Shown here: piece after piece, positions 27,601 to 38,713 of the stretch
Numbering within the stretch: position 1 is the first letter of the stretch
Layout of the letters: each line of letters starts with the position of its first letter
Source: Microcoleus sp.
GTDB taxonomy: Bacteria; Cyanobacteriota; Cyanobacteriia; Cyanobacteriales; Microcoleaceae
NCBI GenBank assembly: GCA_052279835.1
Contig: CP181291.1
Location: 448,001 to 512,000, forward strand
Length of the DNA: 64,000 nt
Reading direction: 5' to 3'
Made by a program: the position numbers and the translations under genes
Notes under the pieces: generated by a model
Told to the model about the DNA's origin: nothing
Database searches by the model: none
The model's input: only the letters and a program-made list of their open reading frames with translations

Positions 27601-28908
27601 CTACAGTGTCAAAGACTGAGGATTTGTCTCAATCAATTTGGCTAAATCTTGCAAGAAAGAGGCCGCATCAGCACCGTAAATAACTCGGTGATCGCAGGTA
27701 ATATTCACCTGCATTTGCCGCTTCACTCCCATCAAACCTTCTTCATTAGCCACTACTTGCGGCCGCGAAGCGCCGATCGCCAAAATCGAGCCTTGACCTG
27801 GGGGCAAAATCGCGTCAAACTTATCTACTCCAAACATTCCTAAATTGGAAAGAGTGAAAGTTCCGGTGCTATATTCATCAGGCTTTAACTGTTTGGTGCG
27901 AGCGCGATCAACTAAATCCTTCCAAGTGCGGGAAAGGGAATAGATATCTAGGCGATCGGCATTTTGCAACACCGGCGTAATCAAACCGCCACCATCCATC
28001 GCCACCGCCACAGAAACATTAATATCAGCACGGTATTGAATCGCTGACTCCACATAAGAAGCATTCAGCAGAGGATGTTTTTGTAAAGTTACTGCTACAG
28101 CCTTCGCCAGCAAAGCCGTCATCGTGACGCCCTTGGACTTAATTTGTTTGTAGAGCTTGTCCAGATTGTCCGTAGTAATTGTATAGCCGACGCGGAAACA
28201 TGGCACGCTCAAACTTGCTTCCATATTACGCACCACAGCATTTTGCAGTGCATTCATCGGTACGGTTTGGCCGGTCATCGCCACTGCTGGAACAGGCTGT
28301 GCCACTGCTGGTTTAGGTGCTACGGGTGCGGGTGCTGCGGGTGCTGTGGCTGCGGGTGCGGGTGCTGCGGGCACTGTCACCAGTTGCTGAACGGGAGCGG
28401 GCTTAGCTTTACCCGCTGCGGCTTCCACATCCTCTGCAACAATTCTGCCGTGGGGGCCGCTACCTTTGATCGAATTCAAATCTACTTTAAATTCTTTTGC
28501 CAATTTCCGCGCGCGGGGAGAAACGACGCTGCGGCCGTTTTGACGGCTGACGTTTTGCTGCAATCCCGGAGATGAAGTTGTCGCGGCCACCGGGGCGGGG
28601 GCTGGTGTGGCCGCGGCGGCGGGGGCTGAGGCGGCTGCTCCTTGCTGCTGAGCGATGGCGATTTCGGCTTCAGTTTCTGCTACTAGGGCGATGGCTGCTC
28701 CCACGGGAGCAACTTCTCCTGCTGGGACGATAATGATTGCCAAAAATCCTTCGTAGAAAGACTCTACGTCCATGTCGGCTTTGTCGGATTCAACTACTAC
28801 CACTGTTTCGCCTTTTTCTACTTTGTCCCCGGCGGATTTGACCCAGGAAACAATTTTGCCCTCTGTCATGGTAGAACTTAGGGCCGGCATGAAAACTTCG
28901 CGAATCAT
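27601..28908 (-). CDS. pdhC: Pyruvate dehydrogenase E2, dihydrolipoamide acetyltransferase
   Basis: Lipoyl domain ESDKADM, peripheral subunit-binding SPRARKLA...GSGPHGRI, Ala/Pro linkers, DHRVIYGA catalytic motif. Confidence 0.95.
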   Translation of the reverse strand: MIREVFMPALSSTMTEGKIVSWVKSAGDKVEKGETVVVVESDKADMDVESFYEGFLAIIIVPAGEVAPVGAAIALVAETEAEIAIAQQQGAAASAPAAAATPAPAPVAATTSSPGLQQNVSRQNGRSVVSPRARKLAKEFKVDLNSIKGSGPHGRIVAEDVEAAAGKAKPAPVQQLVTVPAAPAPAATAPAAPAPVAPKPAVAQPVPAVAMTGQTVPMNALQNAVVRNMEASLSVPCFRVGYTITTDNLDKLYKQIKSKGVTMTALLAKAVAVTLQKHPLLNASYVESAIQYRADINVSVAVAMDGGGLITPVLQNADRLDIYSLSRTWKDLVDRARTKQLKPDEYSTGTFTLSNLGMFGVDKFDAILPPGQGSILAIGASRPQVVANEEGLMGVKRQMQVNITCDHRVIYGADAASFLQDLAKLIETNPQSLTL

Positions 28909-29390
28909 CTGTAAAAAGTCCTTTTTAGTTACTAATCGGGAATCGGTAAGCTCAGTGGTATTTAATTTGCACGATCGAATACAGTTAAACTTTTGTGGGT
29001 GGGATGGAGAGTGCTTTGGTTTCAGCTTCAGCCTCTAGTCCGCCACGGACTTAAGTCTCTGGCTAACAGCTAAAGTCCTCGCTCAGAGGAATGATGAGTT
29101 CTTCAGTCCTATGCCGCCAGAGGACTTTAGCTTTGAGGCAGGGGTTTCAACCCCTGTCGGAATGTGTCGGACTAGAGGACGGTTGGTTTAACTTATTTGT
29201 TGACACAAATGGCATCCTGTCCGCCCCAAAAATCCAAGTTCAATCCACAACAGCTTGTGCAGGCGATTGGTAATTGGCGATCGCCGAGCGGTAATTATGA
29301 TTATGCCAGTTTCTAGTCCGAAGATATGTGACCAATGACTCCAAATCCATTACTACTAATTGCCAATTACCAATTACCAATTTCTAATTG

Positions 29391-29840
29391 CTAAATATCG
29401 CCTCGAATTTCTTGGACAACTCCATCACGGAGGAGAACCTCTACTTGCATTTTTTGAATCAAGTTTTCTCCTAACCCGATGGTGAATGTACCGTCAATTT
29501 GACCTTGACTCACTTCTTGTTCCAGGTCTAGTACCTGCACTTGCTGGAGTTGTTGCAGGTTTTGGTTTTTTTGTTCTAGCAGTTCGCTTTTCCGTTGATT
29601 AACCTGGGTTTGAATGTTTTCTATTTGCTGCATTACTTGAGGACCAGGGGGGTGCAGGCTTTGCTTTTGGATTTCAGAAATCATCCGTTGTCCTTGCATT
29701 TCTAGCTGTTGTAGCTGAGAGTCGATTTGATTAATTTGGGCTTGGAGTTGCTGTTGAGCTTCTTCTTTCCAGCGGGGGGTAACGACGACTTTAACGTTAA
29801 TCGATCGCTTCAAGAGTAATTGTGGGGTGGACAGTTCCAT
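29391..29840 (-). CDS. YlqD family protein
   Basis: LLLKRSINVKVVVTPRWKEE, Gln-rich coiled coil, EVLLRDGVVQEIRG. Confidence 0.8.
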   Translation of the reverse strand: MELSTPQLLLKRSINVKVVVTPRWKEEAQQQLQAQINQIDSQLQQLEMQGQRMISEIQKQSLHPPGPQVMQQIENIQTQVNQRKSELLEQKNQNLQQLQQVQVLDLEQEVSQGQIDGTFTIGLGENLIQKMQVEVLLRDGVVQEIRGDI

Positions 29841-30021
29841 AAAGTTATTGTTTGTCTATTGGGAATTAGTCATTAGTCATCAGTCATCAGTCATCAGTCA
29901 TTAGTTTGTCAGTTAGTAAACATTTTCTCAGGACTGAAGACTGAGAACTGAGGACTCAGAATCGGGACTGGGGACTTGGGAAAAGTTTTCCTTCGCTATA
30001 CCTCAAGTCCGGGGAATATTT

Positions 30022-31971
30022 TCAAAACATCCCGTCAATCATATCGCGGTAGTGTTCCGTCACAACCGGGCGCTTAATTTTCAGGGTTTGAGTCAGCATT
30101 CCATTTTCCATCGAGAAGGGTTCCAAAATCAACCGGAACGGGCCAATGCGATCGTCGGCGCGGTATCCGGGGCGATTTTGCACCTCGCGGTTCAATTCTT
30201 GGCGAAATAAGTCTTGAATTGTCTTGCTATTCCAGTCAATTTCGTGTATTGGAGGATTCTGAGTTGCCGCCCATTTCTCCACCGCTTCTGCATTGGGGAC
30301 AATTAATGCTCCCACAGATTTCTGGTCTTGACCGACTAGCATAATTTGGTCGATGTAGGGGCTGCGGAGACAGGCGTCTTCGATGGGCTGAGGTTCGATG
30401 TTTTCGCCGTTGGTGAGGACGATCGTATCTTTGGCGCGTCCGGTTAAAATTAAATCGTTGCCCGGTGTCAGCCAGCCCAAGTCGCCGGTATCGAACCAGC
30501 CTTCGGGGTCGATCGCCTTTGCCGTCGCTTGCGGATTAAGATAATAACCAGCCATGATTTGCGGCCCCCGCGCCAATACTAAGCCACGTTGACCAGGCGA
30601 AAGTTGTTGCCGAGTTTCCGGGTCTACTATTTTAACTTCGGTATGGGCGATCGGCTGTCCCGCCGAACCTTTGAGATTATGCCAAGGGCGACGAACCGTT
30701 AACACCGGGGAAGTTTCGGTTAAGCCGTATCCCACCAACAAACCGATATTCGCTATTTCAAAGAAATTGTCCAAGTGGGCGGCCAAAGAACCACCACCAC
30801 TAATTGCCCACTTAAAACGTCCTCCCGTAGCTTCCCGAACTTTTTGGTATACCAGTTTTTCGGCGAGGGCGTGAATGGGTAATAATAGAATGCTTTTGAT
30901 GCGGGCGATGAGTTTTTCGGTAGCAGAAGCAGGTTTTAAATTGAGAGTTAATCCTTGGAAAATGCGGCGAGATTCTATATATTTTTGGCTGGCAGATAGC
31001 AGGAAATTAACCAGTTTTTGTTTGTTAGCGGGCTGTTCCCGAAATTGCTTTTGTACTGCCTCGTAAATCGATTCCCAGATGCGGGGAACGCTAACCATGT
31101 ACTGAGGTTTGTAGGTTTTAAAGTCTTGTTTGAAATAGCGAATATTGGTGTATATTTGCGTGCATCCTTGGGAAAGCAGGAAGTATTCGACACTGCGTTC
31201 GTAGGCGTGCCAACTGGGGAGAATACTGAGAACACCTTCGCCGCCTTCTGGCTGGAGAATTGTGCCGAAGGTGGTGATTTGGTGTAGCAGGTTGCCGTGG
31301 GTCAGCATCACGCCTTTGGGTTTACCTGTGGTGCCGCTGGTGTAGAGGAGGGTGGCGAGGGTTTGAGGTTTGTGGTTGGTGGGTTTGAGGGGGCGGTTTG
31401 CCCCTGTGGCCATGACTTGGGAAAATTTGACGGTGTTGAGGGTGGGGCTGGTTTCTGGTTCTTCGTCGGAGAGGAGGATGATGAGTTGAATTGGCAAATC
31501 GGGGAGGCGGTGTTGCAGTTTTTTGAGTAATGCGCGGTTTTCGACTACTAAGGCGGTGCTACCGCTGTCTTGGATGATGTAGAGGAGTTCTTCGGGGTCG
31601 GCGGTGGCGCCTCGGACGGCGTTGGCTGCCCCGGCCATCATGATGCCTTGGTCGGCTATCAGCCAGCGGGGGCTGTTGTCGGCGAAGAGGGCGACGCGGG
31701 GAGGGATTGCTTCTGAGGGGTTTGGTTCGATGCCGAGGGCTTGGAGGCCGGCGGCGAATTGCTGCATTTGTCGGTACAGGTCGGTGTAGGTAAGCTTGAT
31801 TTCGGGCTTGCTGTGGGGGTCGTGGAGGGCGACTATTTGACCGAATTTCTGTTGGACGATCGCCCAAATTTCTGGTACGGATTGGATGGAGGTGTAATCG
31901 ATCAGGCGGCTGAGGTTGGCGCGATCGCGATCGGTCAGTTGAGATGATGTGTAAGATGCTGGGCCGTTCAT
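30022..31971 (-). CDS. aas: Long-chain acyl-ACP/CoA synthetase (AMP-binding)
   Basis: YTSGTTGKPKG, GYGLTET, GWFDTGDLG, GRAKDTIVLTNGENIEP, TLKIKR. Confidence 0.88.
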   Translation of the reverse strand: MNGPASYTSSQLTDRDRANLSRLIDYTSIQSVPEIWAIVQQKFGQIVALHDPHSKPEIKLTYTDLYRQMQQFAAGLQALGIEPNPSEAIPPRVALFADNSPRWLIADQGIMMAGAANAVRGATADPEELLYIIQDSGSTALVVENRALLKKLQHRLPDLPIQLIILLSDEEPETSPTLNTVKFSQVMATGANRPLKPTNHKPQTLATLLYTSGTTGKPKGVMLTHGNLLHQITTFGTILQPEGGEGVLSILPSWHAYERSVEYFLLSQGCTQIYTNIRYFKQDFKTYKPQYMVSVPRIWESIYEAVQKQFREQPANKQKLVNFLLSASQKYIESRRIFQGLTLNLKPASATEKLIARIKSILLLPIHALAEKLVYQKVREATGGRFKWAISGGGSLAAHLDNFFEIANIGLLVGYGLTETSPVLTVRRPWHNLKGSAGQPIAHTEVKIVDPETRQQLSPGQRGLVLARGPQIMAGYYLNPQATAKAIDPEGWFDTGDLGWLTPGNDLILTGRAKDTIVLTNGENIEPQPIEDACLRSPYIDQIMLVGQDQKSVGALIVPNAEAVEKWAATQNPPIHEIDWNSKTIQDLFRQELNREVQNRPGYRADDRIGPFRLILEPFSMENGMLTQTLKIKRPVVTEHYRDMIDGMF

Positions 31972-32109
31972 AGGGTATTTTCCGGGGTTTTGAGAGATAA
32001 AGTTATTGGGTACAAGTTTAATATCAGAGCTATTTTAGAACTTTGTGGCAGTGTCGTGACAGTTTGGAAACCTGCCATTGTCTTTTTAGAAAATTAGGGA
32101 TACAAAATT

Positions 32110-32856
32110 ATGAAATTTATAGTTGGACAGAAACAGATTAATTTATCAAGGTTGATAATATTTGCTTGGAGTGCGATCGGGCTAGCATCATGTACAAATA
32201 TACCTTGGGCGTTAGTCTCCGAACCGCAACCGGGAAACAGTGGACGAATAACATTTGCTGACTGGTGTCTCACGCGAGCAAATTTGATTCCTGAAGCTAA
32301 ACATACTGTTGATGTGTTGTTGGAGAAAGCAGAGACTAATGATTGCGATGCGGCAGATCGAAAACTTTCTAGTCTCACGGAGCTCTACATCAACAACGAT
32401 CAAATCAGTGATATCAAACCGCTAGCATCCTTGACTAACCTGAAGCAACTCGTCATCAGGGACAATCAGATCCGCGACATCAAACCGCTAGAATCCTTGA
32501 CTAACCTGACTCGGCTCATCCTCAATGGAAATAAAATCAGGGACATCAAACCGCTAGAATCTTTGACCAACCTGAAGCAACTCGTCCTCAGCAACAATCA
32601 AATCAACGACATCAAACCATTGCAATCTTTGACTAACCTGACTGAGCTTGGTCTCAACAACAATAAAATCAGCGAGATCAAACCCTTACAATCTTTGACT
32701 AACCTGAGTGTGATCAACCTCGACGGCAATACAATCAGAGACATCAAACCCTTGCAATCTTTGACTAAATTGAATAGGCTCAACCTCAGCGGAAATCCGA
32801 TCGCCCCCAAAACTTGTCCTCTCAAGCCAGAGTCTATCTGTAACTGGGAACCATAA
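32110..32856 (+). CDS. Internalin-like leucine-rich repeat protein, probably exported
   Basis: 22-aa repeats of type LTNLxxLxLxxNxIxDIKPLxS; hydrophobic N-terminus with a LASC lipobox-like motif. Confidence 0.88.
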   Translation: MKFIVGQKQINLSRLIIFAWSAIGLASCTNIPWALVSEPQPGNSGRITFADWCLTRANLIPEAKHTVDVLLEKAETNDCDAADRKLSSLTELYINNDQISDIKPLASLTNLKQLVIRDNQIRDIKPLESLTNLTRLILNGNKIRDIKPLESLTNLKQLVLSNNQINDIKPLQSLTNLTELGLNNNKISEIKPLQSLTNLSVINLDGNTIRDIKPLQSLTKLNRLNLSGNPIAPKTCPLKPESICNWEP

Positions 32857-32894
32857 TTTACTAGAGGGAGGTACGGAGGCTGTGTTGTCGCTCA

Positions 32895-32969
32895 AGTACG
32901 ATCGCGAGTTCTATCCGTACATCGGCTTCAGTCAGGGGGAGATTGTCGGGAAGGTCGATCGTAAGAAGC
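32895..32969 (-). pseudogene. Fragment duplicating the 5' part of the UPF0175 gene
   Basis: Near-identical to about 33920-33994. Confidence 0.65.
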
Positions 32970-33046
32970 AAGACTGATTCTACTTGTTGATGTTAATTTA
33001 TTATCAGCTATTACCAGCGATCGCTCGTACCTAATATTAGATGCCT

Positions 33047-33418
33047 TTATTCAGACCTGATGTAAGTACCTAAAAATTCCAGTTGATTCATCATTTCTTC
33101 CGCCGACTTGCTACCAATCAAATTCAACAAACCGCGCAACTGTTCGCCGACAGAATAACTTTGTCGCGGCACAACAATAATACCCGCATGACTTTTACCT
33201 ACTGCAAGAAAGCTCCCGTGCAGCCAACAGAAATCTCGACTATTAAAAGTATAAATGACTCGATCTTGCTCTGCTGCCCATATCAATTGTTCTTCATCTA
33301 TACGTCCTAAATTATTGGCATCTGAGACAGTTACTACATCAATCCCATTTTCTCGCAAGGCTTGCACGAAAGCTTTTCTGAGCGTATCTTCATCTAAATA
33401 CAAACGAATCTGGCTCAT
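33047..33418 (-). CDS. DUF5615 PIN-like toxin
   Basis: LYLDED, DEEQLIWA, VIYTFNSRDF, HAGII. Confidence 0.85.
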   Translation of the reverse strand: MSQIRLYLDEDTLRKAFVQALRENGIDVVTVSDANNLGRIDEEQLIWAAEQDRVIYTFNSRDFCWLHGSFLAVGKSHAGIIVVPRQSYSVGEQLRGLLNLIGSKSAEEMMNQLEFLGTYIRSE

Positions 33419-33711
33419 TAAATTCTCCCAGCCCTGCGATCGGCTTCCAATCGCTCGTACTCAGCTAATTCGGCAGCTAAATCAGCCTCAATTTCCTTGC
33501 GGTTAGCGTGATAGTAAGATAGCGCTGCATAAATTTGTGCTAAATTTAAATAGGAAATTTCTTCAAGTATTGCTTCTGCACTCATCCCTTGTTGATGCCA
33601 AACGGCAATTTGAGCGATAGAAATTCTAGTTCCCGCAATGCGGGGACGCCCTCCACAGGTTTCAGGCGTACTGACAACCAGCGTGCCGATGTCGATCGCA
33701 GTTGTTGACAT
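33418..33711 (-). CDS. DUF433 antitoxin
   Basis: TPETCGGRPRIAGTRISI...LNLAQIYAALSYY; 1-nt overlap with the PIN gene. Confidence 0.88.
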   Translation of the reverse strand: MSTTAIDIGTLVVSTPETCGGRPRIAGTRISIAQIAVWHQQGMSAEAILEEISYLNLAQIYAALSYYHANRKEIEADLAAELAEYERLEADRRAGRI

Positions 33712-33810
33712 ACTTACCTCTTAGGAAAAACTCAAATCTAGCACAAACAGGACTTACGCATAGGTGTTTTGCAGTCATCGAAAAAGAAAAGCTGGATTGC
33801 GGGTGTCTCG

Positions 33811-33996
33811 TCAGTCATCAATACCATCCCACATTTCAGAAAATAGTTGGTAGAAGTCGTCCACAGACATTACAGCGAGTTGAGCGGCTTTATCTAGACT
33901 GAGGTTGTGCTGCTGATAAAGTACGATCGCGAGTTCTATCCTCACATCGGCTTCAGTCAGGGGGAGATTGTCGGGAAGGTCGATCGTAAGAAGCAT
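33811..33996 (-). CDS. UPF0175 family protein (possibly truncated)
   Basis: IDLPD...RIELAIVLYQQ..LSLDKAAQLA.MS..DF. Confidence 0.65.
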   Translation of the reverse strand: MLLTIDLPDNLPLTEADVRIELAIVLYQQHNLSLDKAAQLAVMSVDDFYQLFSEMWDGIDD

Positions 33997-34044
33997 GATT
34001 TAAGGTACTTTTTAATTTCAGAGATTTGATATACTCCCCGCCCT

Positions 34045-34118
34045 AGATTGGTTGACAATTTGTGCAGGAAGTGGGTGCGAGTATCTGTTATTTTATTGTG
34101 TTGCTTAGCTATCCGAAT
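34045..34118 (-). pseudogene. TnpB (IS200/IS605) remnant
   Basis: Minus frame RIAKQHNKITDTRTHFLHKLSTNL resembles the TnpB R..FLHKLS motif. Confidence 0.55.
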
Positions 34119-34245
34119 CACTGAGTTCAACCTTGGCGGAAATCCGATCGCTCCCAAAACTTGCTCGATCGAGCTAGAGTCTATCTGTAAGTGGGAACCA
34201 CCAACTCAACCATAAAACTTTACAGCCAGGTCAGACACGGCAATG

Positions 34246-34392
34246 GTGGGGGTCGTGGAGGGCGACGGTTTGACCGAATTTCTGTTGGACGATCGCCCAA
34301 ATTTCTGGTACCGATCGGATGGAAGTATAATCGATCGGGCGGCTGAGGTTAGCGCGATCGCGATCGGTCAGTTGAGATGCTGTGCTGTTCAT
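34246..34392 (-). pseudogene. Duplicated 5' fragment of aas
   Basis: MNSTASQLTDRDRANLSRPIDYTSIRSVPEIWAIVQQKFGQTVALHDPH, near-identical to the aas N-terminus (about 31813-31945). Confidence 0.8.
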
Positions 34393-34808
34393 AGTTATTT
34401 TTGTGATTTGTGTGACATTAAATTCTTTTCTCTCAATTTAGTATGAAATGTATCCTAACTGTATGTGCTTAGGTAGGGACAGTTAACAAATCTGTCTCTA
34501 CCTTTTAATTTTTATTGGGTGTATATACTTTAATTTTAATTGGTATTTTTGGAAGCTATTTATTTTCAATCTGCTGCTGTATGTCCCATAGTTATGAATT
34601 AATGGTTTGGGAAATTTGGCTAGTATGGTGTTTAATATTTGGTGCTTTTTGCCAAAATATGAAAATGTATATCTACGATGTAAGTATAAACATTTTCCAA
34701 AAAACTACCCTCGTCCTATTATAAATAACTATAGGTAAACGGGCAATAATTTGCGACAATAAAAATATACTTTTTTACCGCCGCTCGATCGCCCTGAAAC
34801 ATCAAGCA

Positions 34809-35663
34809 ATGAAATATTCTGCATCCACTCCCAGAAGCCACAGCACAGCATCTCGCTTTGACGGTTTATCTTTAGACGATCGCAATCCCGAATTCATTAA
34901 ACTGATGTTGCCGATCTGGGAGTGGCTATACCGCTACTATTTTCGCGTAGAAAGCGACGGCTGGCAATACGTCCCAGCGAGCGGAAAAATGCTGGTTGTG
35001 GGTTCTCACAACGGCGGAATTGTGGCACCAGATATGTTTATGTTCCTATACGAATGGTTCCACAGGTACGGCACCGAAAGGTTAGCCTATGGATTAATGC
35101 ACCCGACGGTTTGGAAAGTTTCTCCTGAGCTTGCTAGCATGGCAGTGCAGTGTGGTGCGATCAAGGCCCATCCCAAAATGGCGATCGCAGCTTTGCGCAA
35201 AAATATTCCAGTGCTCGTCTATCCAGGCGGCGCAGAAGATACTTTCCGTCCCTATCACTTACGCGATAAAATTTACTTTGCTGGACGCAAAGGATTTATT
35301 AAATTAGCCCTGCGAGAAACAGTTCCCATTGTACCAATTATCTCCCACGGTGCCCACGATACTTTGATGGTACTGGGAGATTTTTATCAGGAAGTAAAGC
35401 AATTACATGAATGGGGGATGCCGTGGTTATTTGGCATCGATCCGGTGGTGTTTCCGGTGTATTTAGGATTGCCTTGGGGATTGAGTTTTGGGCCTTTGCC
35501 CCATCTACCTTTGCCCGTACAAATTCGGACTCGCGTGTGTAAACCCATCGTCTTTGAGAGGTATGGTGCGGATGCTGCGGGCGATCGCGATTATGTTGAT
35601 GCTTGTTTCGATTTAGTTACAATGCAAATGCAACAGGAATTAGACCGTTTAATTGCCAATTAA
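34809..35663 (+). CDS. Lysophospholipid/glycerol acyltransferase family protein
   Basis: GSHNGG...D, LVYPGG, RKGFIKLAL, PIVP acyltransferase blocks. Confidence 0.88.
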   Translation: MKYSASTPRSHSTASRFDGLSLDDRNPEFIKLMLPIWEWLYRYYFRVESDGWQYVPASGKMLVVGSHNGGIVAPDMFMFLYEWFHRYGTERLAYGLMHPTVWKVSPELASMAVQCGAIKAHPKMAIAALRKNIPVLVYPGGAEDTFRPYHLRDKIYFAGRKGFIKLALRETVPIVPIISHGAHDTLMVLGDFYQEVKQLHEWGMPWLFGIDPVVFPVYLGLPWGLSFGPLPHLPLPVQIRTRVCKPIVFERYGADAAGDRDYVDACFDLVTMQMQQELDRLIAN

Positions 35664-35748
35664 AAATTGCAACATATATGATTCTCGGTCCAAAGGAAGG
35701 AGAGGCATCGGACATTGGTAATAAATAACCACTAACCAATCACCAAAA

Positions 35749-36858
35749 TTACACCTCCGAAGCGCGCAATTGTCCGCAGGCTGCATCCGCCTCCAACCCG
35801 CGAGAATATCGCACGCTAACTGCAATTTTCTTCTCCTTCAAAGCAGCCACAAAACCATTAACTCGATTGGGAGTAGGGCGCTGATATTCCGCTTCCTGAA
35901 TCGGATTGTAAGGAATTAAATTGACGTGACACTGAAAACCGCGCAAATGAGTTGCTAACTCCGCTGCGTGCTCCGGTAAATCATTTACACCTGCTAACAG
36001 GACATATTCAAAACTCAACCTGCGCCCCGTAGATTGCACATATTCGCGACATTCTGCTACTAATTCATCCAAAGGATAAGGACGGGCGCTAGGAATTAAC
36101 TCTTCGCGCAATCTTTGATTGGAAGCGTGGAGACTAACGGCGAGGGTAACTTGTAAATGATGTTCGGCTAATTGGCGGATGCGATTGCGAATTCCCACGG
36201 TGGAAATGGTGATGTTGCGTTGTCCAATTCCCACATCTTGATTCAAACATTTGACAGCAGCTACAACGTTGTCTGCATTCAGCAATGGTTCTCCCATCCC
36301 CATAAATACGATGTGGCTGACTCTACGCCCGAAATCTTGCTGAACTGTTAATACTTGATCGACGATTTCGTGTTTTTCTAAATTGCGCTTAAAACCGCCT
36401 TTTCCTGTAGCGCAAAAATCGCAGCCCATGGCGCAGCCCACTTGTGCAGACACGCACACTGTTAGTCGTTTTTCGGTGGGAATGCCTACGGTTTCAATGA
36501 TTTGACCGTCGGCTAATTTTAGAAGATACTTGACGGTGGAGTCTGGTGCAACCGATCGATAGTGAATAGTCGATCGCCCGATCGGAATTTTCGCCACAGT
36601 CTCGCGCCACTGTTTCGAGAATACAGAAATCTCAGAAAGCGATCGAGCCCCTTTTTCATAAATCCACTGGTACAACTGCGAACCGCGATAAGCAGGTTGG
36701 CCCTGTTGCTGCACCCACTCCGTTAACTCAGCCAAACTCGCCCCCAACAAGGGCGGAATTTTACCAGTATTAACACCAGAAGCAGCCGTCTTGGTAGACT
36801 GATTTGCACCCTTGGAATTACCAGAAGAGTACACCTGAGAAACGGAAGTACGAGGCAT
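35749..36858 (-). CDS. rlmN: 23S rRNA (adenine2503-C2)-methyltransferase RlmN
   Basis: [41 protein letters not shown]. Confidence 0.95.
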   Translation of the reverse strand: MPRTSVSQVYSSGNSKGANQSTKTAASGVNTGKIPPLLGASLAELTEWVQQQGQPAYRGSQLYQWIYEKGARSLSEISVFSKQWRETVAKIPIGRSTIHYRSVAPDSTVKYLLKLADGQIIETVGIPTEKRLTVCVSAQVGCAMGCDFCATGKGGFKRNLEKHEIVDQVLTVQQDFGRRVSHIVFMGMGEPLLNADNVVAAVKCLNQDVGIGQRNITISTVGIRNRIRQLAEHHLQVTLAVSLHASNQRLREELIPSARPYPLDELVAECREYVQSTGRRLSFEYVLLAGVNDLPEHAAELATHLRGFQCHVNLIPYNPIQEAEYQRPTPNRVNGFVAALKEKKIAVSVRYSRGLEADAACGQLRASEV

Positions 36859-37002
36859 AGGTCATCACAAAATTTAAAGCCACCCTCTATCTTAAAACTT
36901 CTTGACCAAAGCTGCCGTCTCTTGGGGGGCGAAGTTGGCTAGAACCCACTTCATAAATATTTTCTGCCAATTAATTAGAAATTTACCTCAACTTCCCCTT
37001 TT

Positions 37003-37134
37003 ATATAAAATCCTCTCTTCATCGTCCTGTATTAAACTCTCTCTTCTCTTCCTCTTTCCCCCCTTGGGGGGGGCAGGGGGGGGTCGTCCTTTGCGCCTTC
37101 GCGGTTAAATCATTCCGATACAACCGGAATTGAT
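37003..37134. mobile_element. MITE-like repeat (family A) with nested GC palindrome
   Basis: Matches 1118-1221 but carries an extra CCCCCCTTGGGGGGGGCAGGGGGGGG block. Confidence 0.6.
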
Positions 37135-37309
37135 ATTAAATTTAGTGGGGTGCGACGGGTTGATGTAGATGGGTGAAACTCGCCCCTACCAGATTTGGGC
37201 TGATGTGGGTTGTTTGTGGGATTCACTGTCAACAAAAAAAAAGATGCTGCCTCTCAATCGAGGGCAGCTACTTCTGTAAAGCATTTTATTGTCTCTCAAA
37301 ACTGCTGGA

Positions 37310-37507
37310 TTAACCTTCAGTATTTCCCGATTTATTCGGTAGTTGCAAGTCATCAGGATCGACATAATGACAAACTGCTTTGTCTATGCAAATCAATGCC
37401 CAACCAGACTTATCAATACTCATCAGCTTGTAGGATGCTGGCTGAATAAAGAAACCTTTGTGATTGCGAGTCGCTGGCTTGATATTAACGTGGTTCTCAG
37501 TGCTCAT
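37310..37507 (-). CDS. Small hypothetical protein
   Basis: AGGAG upstream of MSTENH; hairpin with A-run at about 37233-37268 that could terminate it. Confidence 0.5.
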   Translation of the reverse strand: MSTENHVNIKPATRNHKGFFIQPASYKLMSIDKSGWALICIDKAVCHYVDPDDLQLPNKSGNTEG

Positions 37508-37706
37508 AGTCTTCAAACTCCTGGTACTGTATTGTTAACTAAGTCTGTACTCCGCTGGGCGGATTGCTGAATCGTCTAAGTTTTCAAATACTAGCACTGC
37601 CTTCCTGAGATTTCCATAAAGTTATTTATTGATTTATTACGATCTCGTAATAAATCCCCAAGCCGATTTCTGCGATCCCCGCGCAAAAATCGACTGGTTT
37701 CTGTGG

Positions 37707-38168
37707 TTAAGGCTCAAACAGCCATTGTTGAACGCGGGTGAGACTCTTCCAGTCCGGTTTTCTGCTTAACCCATCTTCAAAATTCTTTTTAACTTCTTCT
37801 AGCAACTCGTCGGATGCCATCAAGAGTTGCTGAGTTATTTCTACATGAGGCCGCACTCCTTTTTCTTTCAGGTCGAGGATGGCGACTGCTAGGTTGATCC
37901 GGGCTTGGGGGTCGTGAGGGTTCAATTTAACGGCGGTTTTCGCTGCTTTTTGGGCTGATGATGGTTTATCTTCCAATAGGTATAGCCATGCGAGACTAGC
38001 CCAAGCATTGCCGTTTTTAGGGGCTTTCAGGCACACTTCTTTGAACAGGGGAATCAAGTCTTTTGGGGCTTCTCCTGCTTGGTAGCGATCGAAACCATCT
38101 TTAAACAATTCTTCAGGGGTCATGGGAGTTGAGATTTGGAATTTGGGATTGAAAAGGGCATTGGGCAA
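37707..38168 (-). CDS. TPR-like protein
   Basis: AWASLAWLYLL...AVKLNPHDPQARINLA helical repeats. Confidence 0.75.
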   Translation of the reverse strand: MPNALFNPKFQISTPMTPEELFKDGFDRYQAGEAPKDLIPLFKEVCLKAPKNGNAWASLAWLYLLEDKPSSAQKAAKTAVKLNPHDPQARINLAVAILDLKEKGVRPHVEITQQLLMASDELLEEVKKNFEDGLSRKPDWKSLTRVQQWLFEP

Positions 38169-38196
38169 TTAATGATTGTTTGCCCAATTTTCTTGT

Positions 38197-38550
38197 TTAT
38201 GTAGAAAAAGAACTACCACAGCCACAAGTTTGGGTAGCGTTGGGGTTGGTAAACTGAAAGCCGCCGCCGATCATGGCGTCGCTGAAGTCTAGGACTAAAC
38301 CGTAGAGATAGAGAATGCTTTTGCGATCGCACACTACCTGAAAGCCTTCGTAATCGAACACTTCATCGTCGGATTGGACGGTGCTGGGGTCTGCGAAATC
38401 CATCACATAAGACATACCAGAACAGCCACCCTGGCGCACTCCTACGCGCAAGCAGAGGTCTTTGCCTTGTTTTTCTCTCAGGCTCAATACTTGACGGACT
38501 GCGGAGTCAGTCATTTGAATGCCCCGCTTTTGGGAAATGGCTTGAGTCAT
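38197..38550 (-). CDS. iscA: Fe-S cluster assembly A-type carrier (IscA/SufA/HesB)
   Basis: GGCSGMSY, FTNPNA, CGCGSSF. Confidence 0.9.
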   Translation of the reverse strand: MTQAISQKRGIQMTDSAVRQVLSLREKQGKDLCLRVGVRQGGCSGMSYVMDFADPSTVQSDDEVFDYEGFQVVCDRKSILYLYGLVLDFSDAMIGGGFQFTNPNATQTCGCGSSFST

Positions 38551-38713
38551 AATTTTTTGAACTCCTGATACTATTTGATCCTAAGAGTTTCATCTTAATT
38601 CATCCATTGTACAGGTGTTGTCCCCCCCTTTCCCCCTAGGGTTTATGATTGAAAGGCAGCGGTTGACCCTTAGTGGGGCACCGCAACCATGCTTCACCCA
38701 ACGGGCTTACTCT

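Noticed and set aside
32380..32800. 66-bp nucleotide periodicity
   Set aside because: Explained by 22-aa leucine-rich repeats in the coding sequence.
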